64,000 bases of DNA from Burkholderiaceae bacterium (GCA_017983955.1 JAGOAJ010000008.1:24184-88183); one strand, 5' to 3'; positions 8,696 through 18,823 are shown, numbered from the stretch's first letter. Notes: generated by a model from the sequence alone, not told the origin. A program made the numbers and translations.

Positions 8696-9391
8696 ATGCT
8701 GCAAGATCAAAAAACTTCTCAAGAAACGGCGATATCTTTCGAGGATGTGCTTGCATCCCGATACAGCTGCCGGGGATACCTGGAAAACCCAGTGCCTCCT
8801 ACCATCTTGCAGCATATTCTGCGGCTAGCCCAACGCACGCCATCATGGTGTAACTGCCAGCCCTGGGAACTCATAATCACATCAAAAAATGCAACTGAAA
8901 AATTTCGTAAAACCCTGCTTGAACAGGCTCTACTTCCGCCAGAAGAACCCGATTTTACGTGGCCGACAAACTACAACGAGCCGTATTTAAAGCGGCGTAG
9001 AGAATGCGGGTTTGCCCTTTATAACAGCGTTGGCATCAGCAAAAGCGACCGTGTTGGCAGAGCCCGCCAAGAGCAGGAGAATTTCCGCTTTTTTGGAGCC
9101 CCTCATGTAGCAATCGTTACGGTGGATAAAGGGCTGGGCATTTATGGCGCTATAGACTGCGGCGGCTACATCAACACTTTTATGATGGCTGCCTCGGTTT
9201 ACGGCGTTGCTTCTATCGCACAAGCCTCCCTGGCATCCCGGCCCGATTTTATACGGGCCTATTTTGGGATACCCTCAACACGGCACATAGTGTGCGGAAT
9301 TTCGTTCGGATACGCCGATAACAGCCATCCTGCAAACCAATTCAGAACCTCACGTGCGGAGCTGTGTGAAAACATCCAATTCATTGAATGA
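8696..9391 (+). CDS. Nitroreductase-family FMN oxidoreductase
   Basis: 231 aa. It has RYSCRGYL, LAQRTPSWCNCQPW and a C-terminal GISFGY pattern. It begins 5 nt after the crotonase stop. Confidence 0.85.
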   Translation: MLQDQKTSQETAISFEDVLASRYSCRGYLENPVPPTILQHILRLAQRTPSWCNCQPWELIITSKNATEKFRKTLLEQALLPPEEPDFTWPTNYNEPYLKRRRECGFALYNSVGISKSDRVGRARQEQENFRFFGAPHVAIVTVDKGLGIYGAIDCGGYINTFMMAASVYGVASIAQASLASRPDFIRAYFGIPSTRHIVCGISFGYADNSHPANQFRTSRAELCENIQFIE

Positions 9392-9469
9392 ACTTTTTGT
9401 TTGTCTACCGCGGAAATATGAAAATGCGCAAACGCTAACGTACTGACTGTTATGACTAGGCGCGCAGCA

Positions 9470-10006
9470 CTACCACATCAAATCATCCGGAACCTGATAT
9501 GCGGCATACGGATCATCTTCGTCGATCTCGGTACTGGTCTTGCTTACCCGTACAACAAGCGAGGGGTCGCGTTCGGCGATCTTGTCGGCGACAGTCCTGG
9601 GCACTAGCTCAGTTGCTTCGCCTAAGCGGACAATCACAAGGTGCCCGGCCGCCAGCTGCTCACGCACGGCGGCCGACACAAACATACGTTCTATCTTCGT
9701 GCCATAGGTAAAGTTGTAAGCGATGTCGCCAGCGCCCTTGCTTTGGCGACTCTGCTGCACCATCTGGACAATTTGCGCCATGATGGCCTTTTGCTTAGCC
9801 GCGGCATCGCGCTGGGCATTAAGCTCACGGGTGCGCTCGATATTTTTCTGTTGCGCCTCGAGGGCGGCCACACGCGCTTCATCAACGCTTTGCGTGCCAG
9901 TGCGACGCTCGACCTTCTTCTGCTGGCTTTTATCCTGATGGACCCGTTTGGCTTTCTTTTTGTCGATCAGACCCGCTTTTAAAAGTTGCTCTTGCAACGA
10001 GACCAT
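9470..10006 (-). CDS. DUF2058 (YaiL-like) lysine/glutamine-rich protein
   Basis: 178 aa. The N-terminus SLQEQLLKAGLIDKKKAKRVHQDK and the charged coiled region resemble E. coli YaiL-type proteins. Confidence 0.7.
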   Translation of the reverse strand: MVSLQEQLLKAGLIDKKKAKRVHQDKSQQKKVERRTGTQSVDEARVAALEAQQKNIERTRELNAQRDAAAKQKAIMAQIVQMVQQSRQSKGAGDIAYNFTYGTKIERMFVSAAVREQLAAGHLVIVRLGEATELVPRTVADKIAERDPSLVVRVSKTSTEIDEDDPYAAYQVPDDLMW

Positions 10007-10270
10007 CTTGTGCTACTCCGTAAATATAGGGACCGCCCAATTCGGGCTCAATGAACAGTGATAATTTCGGCTGAGCGACCCGACACGCCCTGGCCGCGGC
10101 TGCCCAGCCCGATTATCGATCTTAACGTAAGTGTTATCAAATTCCCGCCTTCGCATACTATCCCAACCGAACAAAAACCATTCGTAAAGAATCGGCTGCA
10201 ATGGTAATGCGGTAAGCCTAAAGCGACGCTGACAAGCGTAGAATAAAATATTCATGGAAGGAAAAACATC

Positions 10271-10738
10271 ATGCGCAACTTCACGACTAAAAGCGCTTGC
10301 GTTACTTGGGCAACTCGCAAAGTGGTTTTAACTTCAGCAACGGCCATTATTCTGCTGGGCGGAATCCTCGGCGCCAATTTTGCCCACGCCCAGTTGCCTG
10401 CAGCCCAACACTACAATCAAATCGAATATGTAAGCGGTGGCATTGGTATTGATGAGTCCACCGCCTTCAAAGATGCCATGTCGCAATTCCCGCTAGCCCT
10501 GACTTTTGCTGAAAAGTATGGCCACACGGCTGCATACGTCTCCGACGTGCCGGTCGTTATACGCAACAAGAAGGGCGATACTATTTTAAAGACCAACACA
10601 AATGGCCCCTACCTTCTGGTTAAGCTGCCAGCTGGCAGCTACAAGGTTTCTGCGACCTACAACGACAAAACCATATCGCAAACCGCCAACGTAGGTACAA
10701 AAGGAACGACCCGCGCCGTATTCGAATGGGGACAGTAA
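10271..10738 (+). CDS. Secreted hypothetical protein (possible carboxypeptidase-regulatory-like beta-sandwich)
   Basis: 155 aa with an N-terminal signal peptide (...LLGGILGANFAHA/QL). The C-terminal NGPYLLVKLPAGSYKVSATYN resembles CarboxypepD_reg-type strands. The function is unknown. Confidence 0.5.
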   Translation: MRNFTTKSACVTWATRKVVLTSATAIILLGGILGANFAHAQLPAAQHYNQIEYVSGGIGIDESTAFKDAMSQFPLALTFAEKYGHTAAYVSDVPVVIRNKKGDTILKTNTNGPYLLVKLPAGSYKVSATYNDKTISQTANVGTKGTTRAVFEWGQ

Positions 10739-10787
10739 ACTTATTATCGCGCACGTCGCCTTGCAAAGTTCACCAAGAGCCACACAC

Positions 10788-11384
10788 ATGACCCGCGACT
10801 TCAACGCCCAACTCGCCAAAACCGAGCTGAACGACACACCTGTACCTTCCAACCAAGGCTACAGCCGAATGGCCAAGCTTATGCATTGGCTGATCGTACT
10901 TTTGGTCCTGAGTCAATTTCTGGTTGCCATTCTGATGCCCGATATCAAGCCCGCAATGGTGCCTGGACTCTTGATCAATCTGCATTTTTCACTCGGTGTG
11001 CTTATCCTCGTCTTAATGGCGATACGTGGACTTTTGCGCGTGCTACACCCGGTACCACTTGATATGCCAGGTGCCCCAACCTGGGAACGTTGGCTTGCTT
11101 TGACCACACACAGGACTTTTTATTTCATTTTGTTGGTTGGACCATTTCTTGGCTGGGCGTCAGCTTCTGCTCACAAACTTTCCGTAAGCGTGTTTGGTAT
11201 GTTTGTCTTGCCCGATCTTGCAGCCCCCAAGGCCCGTTGGGCACTTGTCGCTGGCGATGCTCATGCCCTGATTATGTGGGTTTTGCTTGCCCTTATCGGA
11301 CTGCATGTGGCGGGTGCGTTTTACCATTACTTCTTTCGGCACGATCAGGTATTGCAACGCATGTTGCCCACACGCGGCAAATAA
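10788..11384 (+). CDS. Cytochrome b561 family (CybB-like) membrane di-heme protein
   Basis: It has YSRMAKLMHWLIVLLVLSQF, conserved His residues (LHFSLG, HRTFY, H..GAFYHYFFRHD) and four TM helices. I chose the ATG at 10788; the track start at 10761 is a TTG, and the ATG at 10869 is also possible. Confidence 0.8.
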   Translation: MTRDFNAQLAKTELNDTPVPSNQGYSRMAKLMHWLIVLLVLSQFLVAILMPDIKPAMVPGLLINLHFSLGVLILVLMAIRGLLRVLHPVPLDMPGAPTWERWLALTTHRTFYFILLVGPFLGWASASAHKLSVSVFGMFVLPDLAAPKARWALVAGDAHALIMWVLLALIGLHVAGAFYHYFFRHDQVLQRMLPTRGK

Positions 11385-11396
11385 GGGGATGCCAAA

Positions 11397-11423
11397 CCCG
11401 CAGTAGTCCACAACCACTGCGGG
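11397..11423. terminator. Candidate hairpin between convergent genes (CCCGCAGT-N11-ACTGCGGG)
   Basis: A perfect 8-bp stem lies between the cytochrome b561 stop (11384) and the flavoprotein stop (11436). The U-tract is weak. Confidence 0.4.
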
Positions 11424-11435
11424 CTTGATCTTAGC

Positions 11436-13145
11436 TTAGGCTTCCACCCCAGCCGCGCGACGCCCAACCAGATAGCCGAATGTCAGCGCAGGCCCCAGCG
11501 TAATCCCGGCACCTGGATAAGAGCCAGACATCAGGGAGTTGGCATCGTTGCCTACCGCGTATAGGCCAGGAATAACCAAAGCGTCTCGGTCACGCACTTC
11601 GCCATAGGCATTGATATCCAACCCCATGGTGGTGCCGATATCACCGGGGAAGATTTCCACGGCATACAAGCGCCCTTCCAGTGGCTTCACACACTGATTA
11701 GGCTGGTGATCGGGGTCGCCCAGTGCCGTCTGGTAAGGCGTGGAACCCTTGCCAAAGGCTGGGTCTTCCCCCCGTTCTGCTGGCCCATTGAACTGCGCAA
11801 TTGTGCTTTCAAGGCCCGCAGCGTCTATGCCGGTTGCTTGGGCAAGCTCATCTACCGTGGCCCCAGTCTTAAGATAGCCCGAGCGCAGGAACGATCCGAT
11901 ACGACCCGGGGCACATGGAACCGCCCCAAGGCCATAACGGCGCAACGCCGCGTGATCGCAAATCAACCATGCTGACTTCTGCTGATCTGCCAGCAGCTTG
12001 GCCACCATGTTCTGGACAAAATCATGATAGCTCAGCGCCTCGTTAGTGAATCGGGAACCATCACGCGCTACTGCCATCACACCGGGCTTGGCCCGGTCCA
12101 TGAACAGATGGGGGAAAGGTCGCTTGGAACCGTCCGCCTGCGGAATCAGCGAAACTGGCGCCCAACTGGCAGCATCGGAGTTAGAGGTCAGAAAATGTGC
12201 CCCTGCGGCTTCTGCCGCCGTCAGCGCACCACCAGTGGAGCTTTCCGGAGCCATAGAGTAATGCGGTAGGCCTTGTTGCACATGGGGGACTGTCTTCGCA
12301 CGACGTACAGCATCTTGCGGAAAACCGCCCGCCGCCAAGACAACTCCACGATCGGTAGCGATGCGCTTGTCCCCCTGAGGCGTCGTTACGACAGCCGCTA
12401 CGACACGTCCCTGCGCATCTCGTTCAATAGAACGCAACTCGTGTCGGGTCAGTACCGGTATGCCTAGTTCGAAGGCCGTCTCAGCCAGACGTGTTACAAG
12501 AGCCGCGCCAAGCTTGATTTTGGTATCGCGCCCGTGAATTAGACGGTCTTTGTAATAACCCAACACCGTCTGAGTAGCCCAGATAAAAGACTTGAGCTGC
12601 CGAGTCATGCGGGTGAAATGATAGAGACCCATGCGTCCCAGTTGCAGACCCCCAAGGATGGTGAACTCGGGGATGGGCGGGCGTAGACGTGTCAGCTCTT
12701 TACCTAGACGCAAACCGTCATGCTCCACTGGATCCAGGGCTCGACCGCCCAACGCGGCTCCCTCAAAATCCGGATGATAGTCTGGAGAATAAGGCCGATG
12801 CGTCATCTGCAAGGCCGTCTCTTCGTGGAAGAAACGTATGGCCTTGGGTCCATTTTCCAAAAAGCTGTCGACCAGTTCAGCGTTAAAACGGTCGCCAGCC
12901 TCGATCTGAAGATAACGGCGGGCCGCGGCCCGGTCATCTTTCATGCCTGCCGCTTCCATTAAGTGATTGCCTGGGCACCAAATAGCACCGCCAGAAAGGG
13001 CTGTTGAACCGCCGAACCATTCCGCTTTTTCGATGATGATGGGGTTCAGGCCGTGCTTGGCCGCCGAAATCGCAGCTGCAAATCCAGCGGCTCCCGAACC
13101 GACTACCAGCAAATCACAACGTTCGGGCAGTTGCTCAGTCGACAT
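11436..13145 (-). CDS. FAD-dependent dehydrogenase, 3-ketosteroid dehydrogenase / fumarate-reductase flavoprotein-like
   Basis: 569 aa. It has the N-terminal dinucleotide fold DLLVVGSGAAGFAAAISAAKHG...EKAEWFGGSTALSGGAIW and the C-terminal GLYAVGN motif typical of KstD/FrdA-like flavoproteins. Confidence 0.85.
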   Translation of the reverse strand: MSTEQLPERCDLLVVGSGAAGFAAAISAAKHGLNPIIIEKAEWFGGSTALSGGAIWCPGNHLMEAAGMKDDRAAARRYLQIEAGDRFNAELVDSFLENGPKAIRFFHEETALQMTHRPYSPDYHPDFEGAALGGRALDPVEHDGLRLGKELTRLRPPIPEFTILGGLQLGRMGLYHFTRMTRQLKSFIWATQTVLGYYKDRLIHGRDTKIKLGAALVTRLAETAFELGIPVLTRHELRSIERDAQGRVVAAVVTTPQGDKRIATDRGVVLAAGGFPQDAVRRAKTVPHVQQGLPHYSMAPESSTGGALTAAEAAGAHFLTSNSDAASWAPVSLIPQADGSKRPFPHLFMDRAKPGVMAVARDGSRFTNEALSYHDFVQNMVAKLLADQQKSAWLICDHAALRRYGLGAVPCAPGRIGSFLRSGYLKTGATVDELAQATGIDAAGLESTIAQFNGPAERGEDPAFGKGSTPYQTALGDPDHQPNQCVKPLEGRLYAVEIFPGDIGTTMGLDINAYGEVRDRDALVIPGLYAVGNDANSLMSGSYPGAGITLGPALTFGYLVGRRAAGVEA

Positions 13146-13926
13146 GAATGGGCTCCGGACGTGGGAACCGGCCTATCGTCCAGCCACCATCGATGGCTAT
13201 CACCTGACCCGTGATGAATGAGGCTTCGTCAGAAGCTAAAAAGCGCACTGCCCTAGCAATGTCCAAAGGCGTACCCACGCGAGGCAAAGGAGTCTGCTCT
13301 ATCATGAGTTGGCGGCGCCATGCTTCGGAGCGTATGCGTTCCGCCGTCAGTGGAGTCTCGATCAAACCTGGGGCTACAGCATTCACTCTGACGCCGGAAG
13401 GACCAAAGTCCGTCGCCATTTGGCGAGTCATGCCGATAACCGCGGCCTTCGATATGGAATAGCCTGCCGAGTTGTACGCACCGATCAGTCCGAATACGGA
13501 GGCGGTATTCACGATAGACCCACCTCCCCGGCGTATCATGCGCGGAATAGCCCAGCGAGACAGTGAAAAGACACCCTTGACGTTAATGTCGAGGTAACGC
13601 TGCAGATCGTCGTCCGATGTTTCTAGTGCATGGGTGCCACGAGCAATACCGGCGTTGTTGATCAGAATATCGATGTCTAGCCCGGCTGCTACCAGCGCGG
13701 CATCGATTTTTTCCAGCAGGCTGGGATCGGTCACATCGCCGGCAACGGGCACGACACGTTCGGAACGAGCCGCCAAGGCCTCAATACCTGCAGCCTCGCG
13801 ATCGATGGCAACCACATGCGCGCCCGTAGCCAAAAGTGCCTCGGCAATAGCTTCGCCTATACCTTGACCCGCACCGGTAACTAAGGCCGTGCGGCCTTTC
13901 AGAGAAGTAAGTTCAAAAGACATCAT
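13135..13926 (-). CDS. Short-chain dehydrogenase/reductase (SDR)
   Basis: It has TALVTGAGQGIG, NNAG and the YSISKAA catalytic Tyr-x3-Lys. I trimmed the start to ATG 13926 (MMSFEL...) so it no longer overlaps the upstream SDR stop at 13934. Confidence 0.9.
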   Translation of the reverse strand: MMSFELTSLKGRTALVTGAGQGIGEAIAEALLATGAHVVAIDREAAGIEALAARSERVVPVAGDVTDPSLLEKIDAALVAAGLDIDILINNAGIARGTHALETSDDDLQRYLDINVKGVFSLSRWAIPRMIRRGGGSIVNTASVFGLIGAYNSAGYSISKAAVIGMTRQMATDFGPSGVRVNAVAPGLIETPLTAERIRSEAWRRQLMIEQTPLPRVGTPLDIARAVRFLASDEASFITGQVIAIDGGWTIGRFPRPEPIHVD

Positions 13927-13933
13927 CGCTTCC

Positions 13934-14677
13934 TTAGAACGCCGCCGTGCCGCCGACCGAGCGGCCACCGTCAACGATCAACACCTGACCCGTCACAAAA
14001 TTGGCACGGGCGTCGGCAAAGTAAGACACCGCATGGGCAATGTCTTCTGGGATACCAAGTTCGCCGGTGGGCTGCTGCTCACGCAGCAGATGCACATCGG
14101 AACGCTCAAGCAGCATCTCGGTCTGGATCACGCCAGGCGCCACGGCGTTGACCGTGATCTGTTTAGCGCCTAAATCCAGAGCAAGAGCCTTGGTGAAACC
14201 GGCCACTGCCGCCTTGGACGAAACGTAATGCGCATAGTTACGGGCGCCAAACGCGGCGCGCGAAGCCAGATTGATGATGCGACCCCATTGCGGCAACTTG
14301 CGAGCAGCCTGCTGAGACAGAGTGAACATGCTCACCAGGTTGACTTCATACATTTTGCGAAAGTCATCGACTGTTAGCTCGTCAAAGGCTTTGACGTTGA
14401 AAATGCCTGCGTTGTTGACCAACACACGCAGTTGATCAGCCCCGTCAATCAGCGCCTGTGTCGCTACCGAATCTGTGATATCCAGGATCTCGGCACGTGC
14501 GTTGTAGCCTTTGGCCTGAAGCTGGTTGACTGTCTCGCGAGCAGGCGCTTCGGCACGGTCGGCCACAATCACATAAAAGCCGTCTTCGGCCAGACGATGT
14601 GCAATGGCGCGGCCAATGCCCGAGCCTGCGCCGGTGACAATTGCGGTTTGTTGAATAGATACAGACATAGGTTTCAC
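13934..14677 (-). CDS. Short-chain dehydrogenase/reductase (SDR)
   Basis: 247 aa with TAIVTGAGSGIGRA, NNAG and YVSSKAA. Confidence 0.9.
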   Translation of the reverse strand: MKPMSVSIQQTAIVTGAGSGIGRAIAHRLAEDGFYVIVADRAEAPARETVNQLQAKGYNARAEILDITDSVATQALIDGADQLRVLVNNAGIFNVKAFDELTVDDFRKMYEVNLVSMFTLSQQAARKLPQWGRIINLASRAAFGARNYAHYVSSKAAVAGFTKALALDLGAKQITVNAVAPGVIQTEMLLERSDVHLLREQQPTGELGIPEDIAHAVSYFADARANFVTGQVLIVDGGRSVGGTAAF

Positions 14678-14702
14678 TTTCTTAATTCACATTACGTCAA
14701 GG

Positions 14703-15821
14703 TCACAGGCCGTAGCCGTTCTCGTCGATTTTGCTATAGATTTCATCCATCACCAATTGAGTAACAACGTCCTCGTTTTGGCGATCCACCTGATCCAGCA
14801 GTTTGGTCCATTTAGCCTGCAAAGCCAGAAACTCATTTGCAACCTCGGTCGGATCTGCAACGCGGCGCTCTTTCTCGGTACGGCCAGGATATGTCGCGAT
14901 CACATTGGCGCGAAACTTGTCCAGCGCATCAACCAGTGTTGGGTCCGGCTGGTCGATAGACACACCACGCTCTTTGGAACCCTGAAGAGCGGACTCCGCC
15001 TCCTGGGCATAAACAATCTGTGTGCGCACGACATTGCGTGCAGTCACATCAAGCAGCTTGCGACGGTTCTGGGCACCGATCTCCTTCCAGAAGTCCTTGT
15101 TATAGACGTAAGTCAGGCCAAGCGTAGCACCCTGCTCCAGCATGGTGATGGTCTTTGCCACTTCCCAGAACTTATAGCCTGACGACAGGTTGGTAGCCTC
15201 GGAAAGCGTGCAGTCAATTGAGCCACGCTCCAGTCCTGAATAAACGTCGGTGATGGGCACAGCCACGGGGATAGCGCCCAGCGAAGCAGCCCATTCGTTT
15301 TGGGCTGTCCCGGCTGTACGAATTTTCACCCCCTTAAGCGAATCCAGATCACCCAGAGTACGCATGCACAGAAAAAGGTAGGGTGGTGTCGAATAGGCGC
15401 CCACGGTTACGGTGTTGTGCTTTGCAAGTTCATCCAGCAAGCGCTGATTGGTCATAGAAATCTCAGTGATCGCAAAACCAGTGGCCATACCGTCGGTGGC
15501 CACGAAAGCCAAGTCATTGATCATTCCCGATAGAGGCAGATCAGATGGGGTGTAAGAAGCAGAAACTATCCCCAATTGCGCTACACCATCGCCCACCGCA
15601 CCCAATGTGGTCTGGGCGGGGACCAGAGAACCCGACGAAAAAATCTCGAAGTCAATGTCGCCACCAGTCACTTGCTTGACATCTGCGGCAAAGGTTCCGT
15701 AGGCTACGTTATTAAGAACGTGCGCCGGGCCCAACCAATTGGTCGCCTGATAGGTATCGGCATGCGCCGACGCGAACGCCAGAGCGGAAACAGCAGTAAA
15801 CAATAGTTTTTTCACGATCAC
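14703..15821 (-). CDS. dctP: TRAP transporter solute receptor, DctP family (copy A)
   Basis: 372 aa with a signal peptide ...ALAFASAHA/DT and DctP-like blocks (FEIFSSGSLVP, RTAG...ASLGAIPVAV...VYSGLERGSIDC). The start is a GTG at 15821 or at 15815. It overlaps or abuts the stop of copy B. Confidence 0.85.
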   Translation of the reverse strand: MIVKKLLFTAVSALAFASAHADTYQATNWLGPAHVLNNVAYGTFAADVKQVTGGDIDFEIFSSGSLVPAQTTLGAVGDGVAQLGIVSASYTPSDLPLSGMINDLAFVATDGMATGFAITEISMTNQRLLDELAKHNTVTVGAYSTPPYLFLCMRTLGDLDSLKGVKIRTAGTAQNEWAASLGAIPVAVPITDVYSGLERGSIDCTLSEATNLSSGYKFWEVAKTITMLEQGATLGLTYVYNKDFWKEIGAQNRRKLLDVTARNVVRTQIVYAQEAESALQGSKERGVSIDQPDPTLVDALDKFRANVIATYPGRTEKERRVADPTEVANEFLALQAKWTKLLDQVDRQNEDVVTQLVMDEIYSKIDENGYGL

Positions 15822-16930
15822 AATCCGTAGCTGTTTTCGTCGATCTTGCTGTAGATTTCATCGCCCACCAGCTTGGCCAGTGCTTGTTGGTCATAGCGGT
15901 CGATCTGAGCCAACAACTTCACCCACTTGTCTTGCAACGCCAAAAACTCTGTTGCAATCTCGGTAGGATCAGCAACGCGACGCTCTTTCTCGGTACGGCC
16001 GGGATATGTCTCAATTACATTGGCGCGGAATTTTTCCAATGCCTCAACGAGAGTCGGATGCGGTTCAACAATCGCCAAACCACGTTCTTTGGAACCTTCC
16101 AGGGCAGACTCCACCGCCTTGGAGTAAGCGATCTGCGTGCGGGCCACATTGACAGCGGTCACATCAAGCAGCTTGCGACGGTTCTGAGCGCTGATTTCCT
16201 TCCAGAAATCCTTGTTGTAGACATAGGTCAGGCCTAGCGAAGTGCCCTGTGTCAGCATGGTGATGGTCTTTGCCACTTCCCAGAATTTATAACCAGCCTC
16301 TAGGTTGGTAGGATCCGAAAGCGTGCAATCAATAGAACCGCGCTCTAGCCCCGAATAAACATCAGTCATGGGCACGGCCACGGGGATGGCGCCCAGCGAA
16401 GCAATCCACTCATTCTGGGCGGTACCCGCTGTACGTACTTTTTTGCCCTTCAGGGAGTCCAAATCTCCCAGCTCACGCATGCACAGGAAAACGTAGGTCG
16501 GTGTCGAATAGGCGCCCAGAACCAGCGTGTTGTGTTTGGCCAGCTCATCTATCATGCGCTGATTCGTCAAGGAAATCTCGGTCAGCGCAAAAGCCGTGGC
16601 CATGTCATCATTAGCCACAAAGGCCAAATCATTGATGAGTCCCGACAGCGGCAAGTCAGATGGAGTGTAAGAGGCCGCAACGATTCCCAATTGCGCTACG
16701 CCGTCACCCACGGCACCCAGTGTGGTCTGAGCGGGTACAAGGGAACCGGAAGAAAACAGTTCAAAGTCGATATCGCCGCCAGTCGCTTCCTTGGCATCGG
16801 CAATAAAGGCTTCATAGGCCACACCGTTAAGGATGTGCGTCGGCGACATCCAGTTAGATGCCTGGTAGGTATCAGCATGGGCTGACGCGAACGCCAGGGC
16901 GGAAATAGCGGTAAAAAGAATTTTTTTCAT
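15818..16930 (-). CDS. dctP: TRAP transporter solute receptor, DctP family (copy B)
   Basis: 370 aa. It is collinear with copy A and, by eye, identical at roughly four of five residues. It has the same signal peptide and the same C-terminal ...EIYSKIDEN.YGL. Confidence 0.85.
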   Translation of the reverse strand: MKKILFTAISALAFASAHADTYQASNWMSPTHILNGVAYEAFIADAKEATGGDIDFELFSSGSLVPAQTTLGAVGDGVAQLGIVAASYTPSDLPLSGLINDLAFVANDDMATAFALTEISLTNQRMIDELAKHNTLVLGAYSTPTYVFLCMRELGDLDSLKGKKVRTAGTAQNEWIASLGAIPVAVPMTDVYSGLERGSIDCTLSDPTNLEAGYKFWEVAKTITMLTQGTSLGLTYVYNKDFWKEISAQNRRKLLDVTAVNVARTQIAYSKAVESALEGSKERGLAIVEPHPTLVEALEKFRANVIETYPGRTEKERRVADPTEIATEFLALQDKWVKLLAQIDRYDQQALAKLVGDEIYSKIDENSYGL

Positions 16931-16952
16931 TACTTAATCCAATATATTTTGA

Positions 16953-18257
16953 TCAGCCTTGCATAAAGCCAGGCAACCATAGTGAAAGTATGGGGAACAA
17001 GATCAACAGCGCCAAAGTCACCAAGTCGATGGCTATAAACCAACTTACCCCTTTGAATATCTCACCCAGCGTGACCCTGTCCCCCATAGCGGATTTGATG
17101 ACGAAAACGTTCATACCCATGGGCGGCGTTACCAGACCGATTTCAAGTAGCTTGATGGTCAAAACACCGAACCAGATCAGATTGATATCGTGCGCCAACA
17201 GCAAGGGTCCCAGGACTGGCAAACACAGGAGCATGATAGAAATCGACTCAAGGAAAGCACCCAGCAGTAGAAATAGCAGACAGATAAGTAACAACACCTG
17301 CAGGGTCGTGAACCCTTCGAAAGCGCCAATAATCCAGGTAGGAATCGTTGCAAAGCCCACAAAGCGCGAAAACAACGCAGCACCCAGCATGACCATGAAG
17401 ATTTCAGCCGTGCCCGATGCTGTGTCGATCAACGCTCTCTTCATGATGCTGAAGGACAAACGCTTGCGCGCAAGGGCCAGAACGAAAGCTAGAAACGCGC
17501 CTGCGGCTCCGGCTTCCGTCGCGGTCACAATACCCGCGAAAATGCCGCCCATTACTCCAACAATCAAGACTGGTAGCGGCCACGAATCCTTGATCAGCGC
17601 CCACTTTTCCTCTTTGCTGACTGTAATTTTCACAGCAGGAGCAAGTGAAGGATTGAAGTAGCAACGCACCGTGATCAATAGCAGGAACATCACCGCGGTC
17701 AGAATTCCAGGGATAACACCGGCAATAAACAAGGTTTTAATTGGCGTATCCAGCAGCATCCCAAACACTATCATCAAAATGGATGGCGGGATCAACGCAC
17801 CCAAGGTCCCAGCTGCAGCCACCGAACCAGTGGCCAAGCCGCGGTTGTAGCCGGCATCAAGCATTTCCGGCACGGCAATACGTGAGAATGCCGCTGCTGT
17901 CGCCACAGACGAACCAGATGCAGAGGCAAACAACGCTGACGCAACGGTTGTAGACGAGGCCAGGCCGCCTGGCAACCACGAGAGCAGGACACGCGCCGCA
18001 CCGAACAGCCCGCGAGTCAGTCCGGCCTCCACGGCAATGAATCCCATCAGCAAGAACATGGGAACTGCGGAAAGGTTCCAGTCACCGATCAAATGAAAGG
18101 GTACCGCCTTGACGATACCAACGGCGGGCTTCCAGCCCATCATGGTCCATATGCCCACAAAGGCGGTGCCGCCCATGGCCGCGCCTATCGGCACGCGGAT
18201 GCCAATCAAGCCCAGTAGAAAGACAATACCGAGCAAACCAATTTCTATGCGATCCAT
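16953..18257 (-). CDS. dctM: TRAP transporter large permease (DctM)
   Basis: 434 aa and highly hydrophobic with about 12 TM helices. It sits between the DctQ and DctP genes. Confidence 0.92.
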   Translation of the reverse strand: MDRIEIGLLGIVFLLGLIGIRVPIGAAMGGTAFVGIWTMMGWKPAVGIVKAVPFHLIGDWNLSAVPMFLLMGFIAVEAGLTRGLFGAARVLLSWLPGGLASSTTVASALFASASGSSVATAAAFSRIAVPEMLDAGYNRGLATGSVAAAGTLGALIPPSILMIVFGMLLDTPIKTLFIAGVIPGILTAVMFLLLITVRCYFNPSLAPAVKITVSKEEKWALIKDSWPLPVLIVGVMGGIFAGIVTATEAGAAGAFLAFVLALARKRLSFSIMKRALIDTASGTAEIFMVMLGAALFSRFVGFATIPTWIIGAFEGFTTLQVLLLICLLFLLLGAFLESISIMLLCLPVLGPLLLAHDINLIWFGVLTIKLLEIGLVTPPMGMNVFVIKSAMGDRVTLGEIFKGVSWFIAIDLVTLALLILFPILSLWLPGFMQG

Positions 18258-18266
18258 CGTGCTTCC

Positions 18267-18779
18267 TTAAAGAGCTGCGTGAGTTGACTCAACCGGGTCA
18301 ACCAGCGTGATCCTGTCGCCGCCGAAGATCTTCAGCAACAGCACGATACAAGCGATCGCCAAGCCCAGCGGCAGCATGAACTTCGCTGGCCAGACCGTAA
18401 CCCGCCACAACCCGTCGACACTTTCATTGATCCTGAAGGCCCGCATAGCAAGGTCCCAGGAAAACCAACCCAAGCCAACATAGAACGCCAGCGTGCCTAC
18501 CTGACCGATCTTGCGCATGATAAGTTTGCCCCGCTCGCCAACATTGTCGTAAATAAGATCAACCGATATTGCCGAACCACGGGCTTCTATATATGCCAGC
18601 GCCAAAAATACGCAAGCAATCATGTAATAGTTAGCCACGACCTCGGCCGTGCTTGGCACAGGCATGTGCAACAAATACTTGCCCAGCACATCGGCCATCA
18701 CATGAAACATCATCAATGCCACAGACAAGCCCGCCATCCAGGCCAATGCATCCGTCAGTGTTTTTATCGCTTTAATCAT
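18267..18779 (-). CDS. dctQ: TRAP transporter small permease (DctQ)
   Basis: 170 aa with 4 TM helices, immediately upstream of dctM. Confidence 0.85.
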   Translation of the reverse strand: MIKAIKTLTDALAWMAGLSVALMMFHVMADVLGKYLLHMPVPSTAEVVANYYMIACVFLALAYIEARGSAISVDLIYDNVGERGKLIMRKIGQVGTLAFYVGLGWFSWDLAMRAFRINESVDGLWRVTVWPAKFMLPLGLAIACIVLLLKIFGGDRITLVDPVESTHAAL

Positions 18780-18823
18780 TTTTCATCCTTTGCTCATCAC
18801 CTGCCTTGCAGACGATCGACGAT

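Larger units (their letters stand above)
14703..16930 (-). repeat. Tandem head-to-tail duplication of a ~1.1-kb TRAP receptor gene
   Basis: The two adjacent ORF translations align end to end without gaps apart from a 2-aa length difference. Long identical peptide runs include TGGDIDFE, FSSGSLVPAQTTLGAVGDGVAQLGIV and YPGRTEKERRVADPTE. Confidence 0.85.

Noticed and set aside
10013-10255. An 80-aa minus-strand ORF between the DUF2058 gene and the secreted-protein gene
   Set aside because: It occupies the divergent promoter region and has no SD, an odd composition and no recognisable motif. It is probably non-coding.
16990-17661. A 223-aa plus-strand ORF
   Set aside because: It lies entirely antisense to the DctM permease gene. 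It has a low-complexity Ser/Pro/Ala/Lys-rich composition with no domain signature. It is a typical shadow ORF opposite a GC-rich membrane-protein gene.
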